DNA of 63,982 bases, filler included, from Hyphochytrium catenoides (GCA_900088475.1; 16 parts of 16 records of this genome joined end to end with filler, not necessarily neighbours in it); one strand, 5' to 3'; shown: positions 12,951-25,203, counted from the first letter of the whole stretch. Numbers and translations: made by a program. Notes: generated by a model from the letters alone, not told the origin.

Positions 12951-13297
12951 GGTCTCATTCACACAGAGGGAAGGTGCATGAGTAACTACTTTTTTGAAAC
13001 TATATTGTGCAACGGTCTTAATCTACTTCTTAATCCGAGGTCTCCTTGGAAGTAGTCTCTAGGGAGAAATGCTGACCGTTCTACGAGTAGATGATGTCGA
13101 GCTACTGATGAAGAGCTGATCTGCTTGTACACTGAAGGAGAAAGAGTACAATGTACATCCTCCTCCTGCCAGGTGCTATTTATTAGGTTCGTTTTGGTCC
13201 TGGTAAAGAAGTTAACCTCAACCTTGGCAACGACGGACAAAAGGCAAGGGTTTATAATAGTAGGCGCCACCCTCAGCGGTCGCACAATATGTAGGTC

Positions 13298-14001
13298 TCA
13301 AGAAGAGAATGGAAGTATAAAGGCAATGTAATGGGCCGCTGAAAAGTGGTAGCGGGTCACGACCGCCAAAGGAGGAAAATCGCGGACAGCTGGTGTGGCG
13401 GGACAGACTCTGGGCAAAGCCGTGCGGCTGGGAGGAATGATGCTGATGCCTAGCATGCAAGGCTGTAGAGAATGACCCCTTAGAACCATTTCTTAGCTCT
13501 GCGGCATCAGTTGATGCCCCAGGAGGGCAAGGGAGAGAGAGAGTCGCAATGATGTATCCCATGTTGGAGAGAGAGAAGGAGAAGAGGCGAGAAAGATGAA
13601 AAGCTGGCACTTTAGGAGCCGAGGCATCCCTTTCTCTCATCTTCCAACCTCTAGTTCCTGACATTTATCACATCGTCTGGGATGGTGTTGTCAAACTGCA
13701 GGACGAAGCCCTGATAGCCACCGAAGCCGTAGATGCTGCATCTGTGAGTACTCCGGCCGTAAAGGGATGCGGAAGGAAGAGAGAGTCTGCAGGTCTCGTG
13801 CACGGCATCTCTTTGCTTCTCTTCGCTTGGCGATTCTCCTGGTCTATTCGCAACCGCTATACAATCTATGGGCTGCACTGGCTCTATCTCACTTCGATAT
13901 TGCAGCCATTGCGATGACGGCGGCACGATGGCTTCTTTCCCGGCAGTTCCTGGCACTGTGGCCAGAAGCTCCATGTTAGGGGAGAGATCAGGGGGAGCCA
14001 T
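13298..14001 (-). CDS. Possible two-exon gene or gene relic of unknown function
   Basis: A 116-aa ORF of normal complexity ends at a plausible donor (AAT|GTCAGG, ~13662) that can join in frame to an exon after ctctacag (~13463; PCMLGISIIP...). No family is recognisable, and there is an in-frame stop just upstream. Confidence 0.25.
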
Positions 14002-14498
14002 CGCTTGATATTGCTCGAGCTCGAGGAGATTGAGTCACTCTTCTGATAGACAAACAATAGCTGCGTAGCGTTTAGCTCCGTCCGCCCATGGTTGTCGTCC
14101 TTGACATTAAGCGCTCGCCATTGTACCGATTGTCCTTCTCCAAGTGAAAAGGCTTGCTGAGTCCTCCTGTGTTCGTGGTTAACTTCTTCTTTACGTCTCT
14201 GACTTACTCCCCTGCTTATGGGTTCCGGTTCTTCTCCTTCAGAGTGCTCTCCGACCTTACAGGGAGCTGCACTGTCTGCCACTGTCACCTCCGTAGTATC
14301 GTCCCGTTGGAGAGCTGTTATCTTCTTCCCTCGCTCTCACACTCCGCCGCTGTCTTCATTTCTATTGGAGAATCTCTTCTTTACTTACCGCGTCATTGCC
14401 ATTTCAAGAGCTTGACAGACAGAACTATTCAAGCAGCACGGTGGTAGGTGGAGCAGAGAGAGTTCAAGAGCCTACCTGTAGCAGCTTTATGACGGAAG

Positions 14499-14500
<2 letters not shown>

Positions 14501-14570
<70 letters not shown>

Positions 14571-14610
14571 GAGAAAGAGAGAGAGAAAGAGAGAACGAGA
14601 GAAAGAGAAA
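14501..14610. repeat. (GA)n microsatellite, representative of dozens of GA/CT tracts throughout the window
   Basis: Direct reading. Similar tracts occur at 1-180, 700-970, 6250-6345, 7575-7665, 14840-14950, 19050-19150, 19900-20350, 20900-21041, 25100-25200, 25780-25930, 26180-26400, 34750-35015, 37750-37830, 42150-42270 and 54335-54420. Confidence 0.95.
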
Positions 14611-14879
14611 GGCTAACAACGTAGACTGAGTGAGGGAACAGGGGGAAGAAGTCCTGCAATACTGCAGGGAGAGGACAAAGGAGGCCTCAGAGGAGAAATG
14701 AGGAATGCTGGTTGAAAGCCAATGGGGAGAATGTGTGTGAGCGCACGGAGACAGTGAATGGCAGAGATGAGAAAGAGTGTGACGCGATAGAGGGAGATGC
14801 ATTGAAACAGAGTCATGAAGAGGTTTAGCAAGAGCGAGAGAGAAAGAGGAGAGAGAGGGAGAACAGAGAGAGAGAGGGA

Positions 14880-14927
<48 letters not shown>

Positions 14928-15963
14928 GAGAGAAGAGAGAGAGAGAGAGAGGAGCACGAATAAAGTTGGTTGTCAAAGACTTGGTCTGCCCCACGGACCG
15001 AAAGTAAGAAGGCATAAGACCCGAAAAGAGCTCCTATTACTACGAATTTAGCAGGTAAAGAGCTAGGCTCTATAGCTATTACCACCTCAGCCGCTGCGTG
15101 TTTTCATTCTATCAGAATTCTGACCTTCGGACCGCTGCCGACCATAGGAAGAGACAGAAGAGAACACAGCAGCCACAAGGTCAGAATTTCCCCAGGAGTA
15201 ATTGGCTCTGCAGAATGCCCCCTGGAGAGGCTAACCACTTTCCTCATCATTGTCATCCTCATCGTCGGGTCTTCTTGTCTACTACTCTCTCGCTCCTTCA
15301 ACAGCCACTGCTCTGACAAGGAATGATGAAGAAAACTGATCACTGTGATTTGACCGTGTCTGTACCTCCTACCAAGCCCACTCTTCGAGAGAGAAGAGTC
15401 TTCGTGGAAGGCTCACACACCGTGGTGCTCGCTCCAGACCCATGTGTTTTTACCTTAGGATTACCGGGGAGATCAACTATGATTCTTCCTTTACTGATGA
15501 TGAGCGTGCAGGAGATTAAGCTGGGGACGAGACCAAGGCTTTATAGCATTTCTCGTCTCTTCTGCTTCTTTCTCTTTTCCCTCTTCTTCTTCTTCTCCTT
15601 CTTCTTCTCCTCCTTCCTCCTCTTCGTCTTCTTCTTCTTGTGCTCCTTCTTCCTAGCTATCCTAGTAGTAGCTATCAATATAATAAAATGTTCTTCTTCC
15701 CATTTCATCTTCTCCTTTTACTCCTTCTTAGTATAGGAGTCATAAAACAATAAGAAAAATATTCACAGCAGCAGGGTATCGGAACGTAAGACTACTACCT
15801 GCTGATGATTGCCTATAGATAAGAGTAAGAGTAAAAGAGGCTCACCACGGCCAAGCTGTCCGCAGCCTTTGAAGCCATGGTGGTGGGTACCTGACTCCCT
15901 GTACATCCCTCCGAATGGAGGGACAAGTGTGTCATATTATTATAGGGCCCGGATCATCATTAT

Positions 15964-16059
15964 CATCAATTGTCCTCCTTCGCCTTTCTTCGTTGCTGAT
16001 AATCATGAAGACATCAATTGTCCTCCTTCGTCTTTCTTCGCTGCTCATAATCATGAAGA
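15964..16059. repeat. 48-bp tandem duplication
   Basis: CATCAATTGTCCTCCTTCG.CTTTCTTCG.TGCT.ATAATCATGAAGA occurs twice. Confidence 0.9.
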
Positions 16060-17110
16060 CAACTGGCGCTAATGACAAAGAAGCTGGAAGAGGGAGAAGA
16101 AAGAAGCTCTGATGATGATTCCTTTTTACTGGGTGGGAGCGGGGGTGAAGGGCTACTTGATCTTACACTACTTTTGATGATTATTACTGCCCGCTGCCGA
16201 GAAGGAATAAGGGTTGCTAGGAAGGAGTGGAGGAGAAGGAAGGAAGAAAGAAGGGTACTGCGGGAGAGATTCAACGCCCTGTTTTGCTGGACCATCGCAG
16301 CGGGCATTAGAGGACCAATAGCAGACGACGCGTAGACGGAGTCGTCGGTTTTTCCGGATTGAGCTTTCTCGGAGGAGAGTAATCATCAGATCGTTTACCA
16401 GTTCTGATTGTTTGTGTTACCATTGTTCCCAGGATGACAAGGGTCGGGGAGATCTATTAGGAGGAAGGCGCCATGCTAATGCTATCATTATTGATCGCAC
16501 GCCTAACATATATAGAAAGTTGCTTTACTCAGCCTCCTTGTATCATCGTGATAAGCGTGACTACTGCTTTTTGCTTTTGGCTCCATCGCTCTCGCTCTAC
16601 ACCCTTCATCATTGTGACAGCTTCACCGCGAGAGGAAGATTGGAACAGCCTAAACGAACCTGATAGTAGTGAGAAGAACGGTAGCCAGCAGCAGGTCACA
16701 TCACAAATTACTGACACTTACAAGACAACAGACAAACAAACACACATGCCTTTTTATTGTTTAGTTAGATGCGCTCAGTCTGTCACCTTTCCTTGTATAC
16801 CTCACAAGACGGTTGTCATAACAAAGTGCTTCAATATAGATAAAAGGGGGTTTAGAACTACGGTGGGACAAAGTTGGAGGACAGATCAGAAGCAAGAAGA
16901 ACTTGCTTCTCGATCACCGCTGCTGCTTCTTCGCCACTGCTGCCGCCAAGACTGCCAGCGCCAATCCACTGCTGCCGCTGTCCGCACCGCTGCTTAGGAA
17001 CTGTGGCGCTGCTGCTGCTGACGTCCATGACAAGGAGAGACCTGCCCTCATGAGATATGCATCTACCACTAGCTAATCAGATTGATGTGAGCACATAGGT
17101 TAGTTGAAAA

Positions 17111-18144
17111 ATGATGAGAGGAGGGCTCAAGGCAATGAGCTCTTGGCCTATTAACCTCTTGGGGATCACAATCTTCTATTCCTTAGCCTTCAGTAGCTCA
17201 GCTGCAGCATCCCTAGAAGTCCCTTTCTATGGCAGGCTGTCGCCCGTCTGCCCACAGTCGTCAAAAGAAAAGACGGTAACGGGGGACGTAACACTTACAT
17301 TTCTCCCTCATTCTGGGAGCGCTGCGATTTCGGTTGAGTTTATATATAACGACAGCGCAGATCCACTCCATGCTCTTCAGCTCTTCCATGGAAGCCTGGG
17401 CTCTACAGGTCGGCCACTTCTTACAGTTTGCGGTGAGTCCAAGAGCAGCTTCCCGGTCCAACCTTGTCCGCTGAGATCATTTGCCCAGTCCTTTAGTATC
17501 ACAGGTGGGTCTCGAAAGGATGGCGTGCAAGTATACCAGCAAGAGCGGGCCACGTGATTGACTCTTTTGCGGAAAGGACGTAATAAGGAGATCTTCTTTC
17601 CCCGAGGGAAGCGAGTCCACATTTAAAAGGGAGAATGTAGTGAGGCACCGATAGAGTTGCATCCGGGAGGAAAGGATTAAGGGCACGGAGAGACACCGAA
17701 TAGGATACGGAGATAAGAGATAGAAGTGGCGTTGCCTTAGGAAGAAGAGGGGTTCACCAATCAAAGGATTAGGGAAAAGAGGGGTTAGCCAACGAGGAGC
17801 AGGACTTAAACCCCCATCTTCTACGTACCGTTGACAGATAATGCATCGCTAACAAGACTGCTATCGAAAGGATCCTCTCTCTACGTCAACATCACGAGCA
17901 AAAGGCATCCTAAGGGGCTTGCCAGAGCCCAGCTCTATCCTGAGATTACCTACAGCGCCGTCATTCTCTCTTCCTCAACCTCCAGCTCTACCACATCTTC
18001 GCGCTCTGAGCTGCTGGGAACAGTCAGCTTGCGCTATAACAGAGCTAGAGAGACCATTACCATCGACCGCGAGCTTCTGCGGCCTGTTAACGGGTCCATA
18101 GATGACAGTACGATAAAAGAAAGTTTGCATCTTGGGGCAGAGAC
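17111..18144 (+). CDS. Secreted CHRD-domain protein, 2 visible exons (17111-17504, 17838-18144), 3'-truncated
   Basis: There is a hydrophobic signal peptide (LLGITIFYSLAFSSSAAA). The CHRD-like pattern runs L.P...S...TG.VTL..., LQLFHGSLGSTGRPL, then LYVNITSKRHPKGLARAQL (cf. consensus LYVNVHT...P.GEIRGQL). A second repeat appears to begin at LLGTVSLRYN. The GT-AG intron is phase-compatible. Confidence 0.7.
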
Positions 18145-18674
18145 NNNNNNNNNNNNNNNNNNNNNNNNNNNNNNNNNNNNNNNNNNNNTTAATTAATTAA
18201 NNNNNNNNNNNNNNNNNNNNNNNNNNNNNNNNNNNNNNNNNNNNCTCTCTCTCTCTCTCTCTTCCTCTCTCTTCCTCTCTCTCTCTCTCCTCTTCTCTCC
18301 TCTCGGCCGCATCGCTTGCCTGTTATTCCTCCTCCGCTCCTCTCCTCCCCTCGTTTCTCTTTCTTTCTTTCTCATTCGACCTCCACAAGCTCTCTCTTTT
18401 CCCTCTTTCACGTTCCGGGCTCACCCTTCAGAGAGGCGGACCGCGCGCTCTCTTTCTTTCACTCCTCTTCTCCATTCTCTCCTCCTCCTCCACGATAAGG
18501 CGATCAAAGAGCAAGAGGGAGAGAGAGAAGCGAGAGAGAACATTGAAAAAGAGGAAGGAGGATGAGAGAGTCCTCAACAGTACTCCCTCAGTTCAAGCCA
18601 GGACAGGCACCAAGCCTCAGGTTGATGGTCCTGAACTAGGCGCCGGCCCCTAACAGGCCGCAGGGAGAGAAAAC

Positions 18675-19065
18675 ATGGCAAGAAAGAGGAAGAAAGTGAA
18701 AAAGACCAAGAAAAAGGATGAAGAGGAAGAAGAAGAAGAAGAAGAAAAGGAGGAGGAAGACGGGGAAGGAGAGGAAGGCTCCGAGGGAGAGGAAGATGCT
18801 GAGGAAGAAGAGGTCGACGAAGATGTGGCAGAGGAGCTGCGGAAGGAGGAAGAGAGAGAGAGGGCTGAGTTCCATGAGAAAGCCAAGAAAGAATGGATCA
18901 AGCGCGGGCTGCCCGAGGAAGACTTCACTTTGAAGGAAATGATGGGTGCGCATGGCCCTTCTCTCTCTTTTTGTCGCCGTCTCTCTCAACCCAAATCCTT
19001 TCGTCCATTCCTTTTCCCTCCTTCTCGCTGTCCTAGTCCTTTTTCGCTCTCTCCCCTCTCTTTCT

Positions 19066-19154
<89 letters not shown>

Positions 19155-19995
19155 CGCCCCGATTTCTCTCCTTCCTCTAGTGTTCTCTTCTGCACTGCCC
19201 TGCTGCTTGCGTTTGTTTCCTTCGTCTTAACGAAGCTCCGCGTCTTATCTCTCCTGCTCTGTTACCGTTCCCGGAACTGCCCATGTAGTCTCTCCCTCTC
19301 TCTCTCTCTTACTCTCTTTCCTCTGCTCCATCTCTCTGTCTCTCTCTCTCTCCGTAGAAATCTGGGACAAGGAGGATGCAGGAGAGAAGGTGGAATATAA
19401 GAAGAAGCAAGCTCCTCCTGACATTTCGTTCGAAGAGAAGATGCAAAAGTTAAAGGAGACAAAGACACTCGCCACTCGCCTCGTAGATGCGAGAGAGACA
19501 GCAGAGAAGATGGGGAAGTTCATTGCGACACAGGTAGGGAAAGATTTAGGAAAGGAGAGAGAGAGAAAGAGAGAAATTATCGACCAGGCAAGGACGGCGT
19601 GTTGGGGAGAAGGAAGAGAGAAGAACGAACTCTGCTTCAGAACGAGAGAGACACGTGATGAAAAAAGGAAAGAAACAAAGAAGATAAAGAGAGAACGATG
19701 GGCCCGAACTAAGACCTCTTTAGGGTTATGAGCATTCTTCCTCTTTGCATTTCTCTCTTGTTGTCACTCGCACTAGCCTCTTTGAAAGTAGTTCTCTTCA
19801 ATCGCGGGGTGTAAGTTATTGCTTTCCTCCCTCTCTCTCTCTCTCTCCCTCTGTTGCATCAAGTCTTTTCGGTTTCCGTCACTCACCCTCTTTCTCTCTC
19901 TCTCTCTTTCTCTCCTCTCGCGCGCTCTCTCGCGCTCTCTCCCCTTTCTCTTGCTCGCTCTCCTCTCCCCTACCCCTCTCTCCCCCCCGGGCACC

Positions 19996-20048
<53 letters not shown>

Positions 20049-20253
20049 GCCGTGCTTCTCCTGTTTAAAAGGCATCTTCTATGGCAACGGAGGCAGTGCT
20101 TACTTTGGAGTCCAATGCCCGGCGACGGAAGCGTGAAGTTCGCCAACACTTGCAGCGGATTGCAACCATGGAAATGGAAGCCGAACAGGTTCGTGGAGAC
20201 ATTTCTTTCTCTCTCTCTCTCTCTGTGTTTCTCTCTCTCTCTCTGTGTTTCTC

Positions 20254-20288
<35 letters not shown>

Positions 20289-20833
20289 TTTCTCTCCCTC
20301 TGTCGCTCTCTCTCTCCCTCTGTCGCTCTCTCTCTCTCTCTCTGTCCCGCTCTGTCTCGTGTCATTTTTAGCTTTAGTCATATACTCCCTCTCTCTCTCT
20401 GTCCTCGCCTTGAGCTTCGCAGTCCATTCTATCTTCTGCGCTCCTCTCTCTTTTCTCTTTCTCTGTCTTCAGAGATACCAAGCTATTTGCCAGTCATGAC
20501 TCTCGCCCCAGTTCAGGGCTGTTTTTTAGTGGATTTATCTCACGCTAAGATACCCTCTCTCTCTGTCTCTCTTTCTGTCTCACTCTCTCTCTCTCTTTCT
20601 CTTTCTCTCTCTCTTTTCGCACTTCCCGATGTGGATACCCTTCCTCTCTCTTTCAGATGGCCAAGCGCAAGAAGGAGGTCTATGAGCAGTATATCAGAAA
20701 GAAAGAGAGAGAGGAAGAGTTGGGGAGTGGCGTGCGAGAGAGAGTGGAAGCCACCGAGTTAGAAAGGAAGAGACTAAGGGAAAGATTGGCCATGGCCCCA
20801 GTGAAGGAAGGAGAAATGGAGCAATTGATGAAG
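18675..20833 (+). CDS. Internal exons of a highly charged, coiled-coil-like protein of unknown function (18675-18945, 19358-19533, 20072-20188, 20657-20833)
   Basis: Four exons separated by microsatellite-rich GT-AG introns join in one frame (…EEDFTLKEMM|EIWDKEDAG…FIATQ|ASSMATE…MEAEQ|MAKRKK…EQLMK). The 3' end runs into the linker and the 5' start is uncertain. Confidence 0.6.
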
Positions 20834-22055
20834 GTAGGAGGCAGGAGAGAGACCCTTGAAGTATAAGGGAAGGAAGAAAATGAGAGAGAGAGGAGAGGAG
20901 GGCAGCGAGAGCAAGAGGAAGAGCGAGAGAGCGAGAGAGAGAGGAAGAGAGCGAGAGAGCGAGAGTGCGAGAGTGCGAGAGAGAGAGAGAGTGCGAGAGA
21001 GAGAGAGTGCGAGAGAGAGAGAGAGAGAGAGAGTGCGAGAGNNNNNNNNNNNNNNNNNNNNNNNNNNNNNNNNNNNNNNNNNNNNTTAATTAATTAANNN
21101 NNNNNNNNNNNNNNNNNNNNNNNNNNNNNNNNNNNNNNNNNGCCCCTGCTGCATATTTACGGCCCGCTCTTCTCCCTTCCTTCTCTCCAGGGAGAATGAA
21201 TAGACAACTTTTTATTACGGCTCTGCTATCTTTGTGACAGGACCGCGGCAAGCAGGACGGGGTTCGTACTACACAGCCATTTCTTAGCAAAGTATGGTGG
21301 AGAAGATGAAGAAGCATGCTCAATATGAAGCGGATTGACAATAGAACTTCTTGCCATTCGTCGTCTGGCAATCTTCCTCCATGAGATTGTATCCGGGCCT
21401 CGTCGGAACTTCATNNNNNNNNNNNNNNNNNNNNNNNNNNNNTAACCGCATTTGCTATCCGTCTTATGCTAATTTCTTTCTCTCGTTCTCCATACACGAA
21501 GACGTCTCTCGGCAACACCTCATGAAGTCTCTCTCTGCACCACAGATCTCTTCCACTTCTTCATCATCGGAGCATGTCTTTCTTCCCATTTAGGTGACCA
21601 AAGGATGGAGGAGGTCGAGATCCCTCTGGTCTCCCTTGTAGGCTGGGCGGTCTGTGACTGGACAAGGAACAACTTGTGCCACGCCATCTTGCGNNNNNNN
21701 NNNNNNNNNNNNNNNNNNNNNNNNNNNNNGTGTCTGTGCTTGCCTTCCTCCTCTTCCCTGTGTTTCTCTAGCTCAGTTGCTCTAGCCTCCATAATAGTAG
21801 CCCCAAGAAAAGTAGAAGATGTTTACGTCCAGTACACTACCGAGCTCAGACTACGTCAGGCTAGTAGTAGACTGTTATCAAGTGTACCGATCCACTTTTC
21901 GCCCAGGTAGATATGATGCCGCCTAACTACAATTAGAGCAGTCTTGCCCACGACTGACTAGCTATCCTCCAAAGTGCATGCTTTGTGGAGGGACTGCTTC
22001 TATTGTCTCTTAAGTTAGTAGAGCTGAGAAGACTGATGTACAAAGTGAGAACCCT

Positions 22056-23912
22056 CTATAGTAAGGCAGACTGAACCCCCTTAAGCCATGCTTCAGAACA
22101 CACTTCCGTCCTTTCAAGCTTATTATGGAGCCTCTCAAAGTAATGCGAAAGGTACGGTTCTTCTGCATGAAGCTTCTGCGTTCCCCTAAAAAGAAAACAA
22201 GGCAGGAGTGAAAACGGTTGTCTTTCGGTGGTGCCTTGTAACCTCCTGCTGTGCACGCTTTCCCTTTCAAAGCCGCCGATCGTATCTTGTTCAATGCCGC
22301 TCTGCATTGTTCCGCAGTTCCTCTTTGGTAATGTTTCTGGCGGCGGCGAGGAGGAGGGTGACTTCCTTTTCGTCGGAGCTCCAGTGTTCTCCTCTACTTC
22401 TGCCTCCTTCGTTTTTGGACCGTCTGACTGTAATATTCTCTGCGGTGCCGCTCTATCATCTTTCCTATCTGGAGATGCCAGAACGACCCTGTGAGCAGGG
22501 CTACACGCGCAGCGGATTGCAAAATAGTTTGATCTTTCGGAGCAGTTATCATCAGTCGACATCCGCTGGACTCTAACCGCTTGAGCACACCTGTTCCATA
22601 GGTCCGTGAATAAGTAGATCATGTTATCTGGGCCTTGGGGGATATTTATGTAAGAACCCGGGCGGTAAAAATGAGCTCTTGCGATGTGATCTGTTAGTTG
22701 CGTCCTCTCTCTACAAACGAACGCGAAGCCCGGGGGGCAGAGTCTGCAAGCAAAGCCAGGATGGATGGGAAGGCCCGGGATGCAGCGATGAAGAGGTGCT
22801 GTAGAAGACAGAGCCTCGGTGTTCAAAGCTATGCTTCTCTGTGCAACCGCTGTGGCTTGGATCACTAACGTGGACTCTGGCAGGAGTTCGTTCACTCGAG
22901 ACCAGCTTCTGTCACTTCTCTTGCAACCAGCATGATCTGAGCTGCGCTTATGTCGTTCGAAAAGGTGTTTATGGACAGAAGAGACATCGAAGCACAGCCT
23001 AGCACAAGGCAGACAGCAAAGAGCCCTAAGCCGAGGGTCCCACGAAAAGAGAACCTCTCCTAGAGTGATATCAAAGGGCGTGTCATTTGGGTTAAGCCTC
23101 TTCTCGCTAGACCCCGAGCAGCAATTGATCATAGCTTCCTCCCGCACAGGATTTTGTGTGTGAAGAGAAGTTTGCTGAACTGCCAAGGACTCCTGCAAGT
23201 TACTTTCGTCCGTAACTCCAAAGTACTTTACTCTTGGGCCCTTCCTGATCGTCTGCACCTGGCACTTCTGCGGCCGTACCTGCTCCAAGCCGCTGTTGTT
23301 GGAGTGCGTGGTCCGGATATGATTGAGTGTCGCTCCTTTCGTGACCGAGTAATAGGCGACTCCAAAGGTCTCGCAGCCCGTACAACGCCAGCCTGCATAT
23401 ACTGGTAGCCCCAAAACCCGCTGAACAAGGTGAGAGGTCGGTGGGGCCTCGAAATTGTATTCGTTGGGACATTCTCTGCGAATGTCATCCATTAGGCTGG
23501 GCGGTAGCAGAATCTGCTGCGCGCAGCCGCGAACATGTCGCTTGAGCACGCGTAGAGGAACTCCGCTGTCGCAAGCGGTGCATATAACTAACCCCAATGC
23601 CCGATTAATCTTCAGGCGTTCTTGGGGGAACTCTACAAACACCTCGTTCTCTATCCTGTGAGCTGGAGAAGATATCTCCGGAGGAGAGATAGAAGACGGC
23701 TCCTTCTGTTCTGGTACTGAGGCGCTTCGTCCGGCATTGTCTTCTTCTGGTTGAAGTTCTGGATCATCATCATCTTGTCGGTTCTCGCCTCCATCAGATA
23801 GAAGACCTCCTTGTTCTTCTTCTTCATCATCTTCAGCCTCTGCCTCTAAAAATGCCAACGCCTGAACTGCGTTGCATACGCGGCTATGAGCTTGTAGCTT
23901 ATCAGGTCTGGT
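22056..23912 (-). CDS. Intronless Cys/His-rich protein with two tandem DUF3505/OrsD-like Zn-binding modules; 5'-truncated
   Basis: Two copies of the pattern [L-x-C-xx-C...L..H-x3-H/C]-[GLP-x3-G-W/F-x-C-xx-C...H-x4-H]-[VQ-x(n)-YF-x-V/I] lie at ~23610-23210 and ~23045-22510. The frame stays open to the contig edge at 23912 (TRPDKLQAHSRVC, resembling a zinc-finger end). Confidence 0.7.
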   Translation of the reverse strand, partial: TRPDKLQAHSRVCNAVQALAFLEAEAEDDEEEEQGGLLSDGGENRQDDDDPELQPEEDNAGRSASVPEQKEPSSISPPEISSPAHRIENEVFVEFPQERLKINRALGLVICTACDSGVPLRVLKRHVRGCAQQILLPPSLMDDIRRECPNEYNFEAPPTSHLVQRVLGLPVYAGWRCTGCETFGVAYYSVTKGATLNHIRTTHSNNSGLEQVRPQKCQVQTIRKGPRVKYFGVTDESNLQESLAVQQTSLHTQNPVREEAMINCCSGSSEKRLNPNDTPFDITLGEVLFSWDPRLRALCCLPCARLCFDVSSVHKHLFERHKRSSDHAGCKRSDRSWSRVNELLPESTLVIQATAVAQRSIALNTEALSSTAPLHRCIPGLPIHPGFACRLCPPGFAFVCRERTQLTDHIARAHFYRPGSYINIPQGPDNMIYLFTDLWNRCAQAVRVQRMSTDDNCSERSNYFAIRCACSPAHRVVLASPDRKDDRAAPQRILQSDGPKTKEAEVEENTGAPTKRKSPSSSPPPETLPKRNCGTMQSGIEQDTIGGFERESVHSRRLQGTTERQPFSLLPCFLFRGTQKLHAEEPYLSHYFERLHNKLERTEVCSEAWLKGVQSALL

Positions 23913-24620
23913 NNNNNNNNNNNNNNNNNNNNNNNNNNNNNNNNNNNNNNNNNNNNTTAATTAATTAANNNNNNNNNNNNNNNNNNNNNNNNNNNNNNNN
24001 NNNNNNNNNNNNATGGCAGCGACGGAAAGTGTCCCTGGTCCAATGAGGTGGACTGTGGGTTCAAGGGTTTCACGATGCCCAAGCGTGGATTGCGATTGCA
24101 AGCTTTGTAGCCGCAGTATATGAGGGGAAGCCCCTCAGGACTCCTCATGTCTCCTTAGGTTTCGACAAGCTGGAGGTAGAATAGACAGGCTAGCGTTACA
24201 CAGTCTTTGCCACTGTGCCACGCTCTTCTCCCTGTTGCCTCTCAACAAAGGAAGGCCAGACTCTGCATGCTTGATTCCGCTGACAATGCAGTTTTTCTCA
24301 ATAAAAGTAATAGATTAGTCCACCAGCTCGTCATGTCCTAGGATATAGGAGCTCAGGCCGTGGCCTTCGAAGGGTGTAGAGAAGCTCATAGACTAAACTT
24401 CCTCGTTCCCAGTCCTCTGTCTACGTCATCATGAGGTTCCACGGAGAAGTTGAAGAAGGGCAAAGAGTATAACTTCCAGCGAAAGAAGAGGCATTATTGG
24501 GGTTAAGGGTTATCAGCTAACGATGGGTCAACATATTGAGGGTATAACGATGAAGAGAAAGAGCAATGAAGATTGAGCAGTATCTTCGTTTACTTCGCCC
24601 TGTCTCTCTTATGCGCTAAG

Positions 24621-25144
24621 CTAGAAATTGAACTGTGAGAGCGCTATAGCAAAGGCTTGGAAAGCGTTGACTGGCGCTTGGAAGTCAAGATGGAAGCGAT
24701 CCTCGGTCACCTTCCCAAACTGGACGAGAACCCTGTCAGGCTCTCGCTCATCCACAAGCTGGAAATTCTTCACGCTGGCAAGTTTGACCCTCCCATAGAA
24801 GTTCAGGCGATAGCTGCCCTTCTCATAGGTGGGCTCCTTACTCTGCAGGAGAATCAGGTTCTTGGTGTCATTATTATGGAAGCGCGAGACATAGCTCCGC
24901 TCCGGGTCGAAGCTCTTCTGTCCTTGAGGAATGTGCGTGGTGGGGTCCGGCTCAGGTAGGACGGCAATAACTTTCCGCGGCTATCATGGTGTCGGGATTT
25001 GGCGGTTGAACAAAAGGACGTTATGATGTACATAGCGGCAGGAACAATACCGAGAGAGGGTTAGAGGGATGCAGAGGTGGGGCGAGAGACAGACAAAAAT
25101 AGAAAGAAAGAGTGAGTGAGAGAGAGACAGAGAGAGAGAGAGAG

Positions 25145-25203
<59 letters not shown>

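Noticed and set aside
15100-16400. Fragments resembling DNA transposase motifs (CDGPAK, HHGFKGC, PITPGEIL) on the minus strand
   Set aside because: They are too short, in different frames and separated by low-complexity sequence, so I cannot assign them.
24657-24959. 100-aa plus-strand ORF
   Set aside because: It is antisense to the last Tubby exon.
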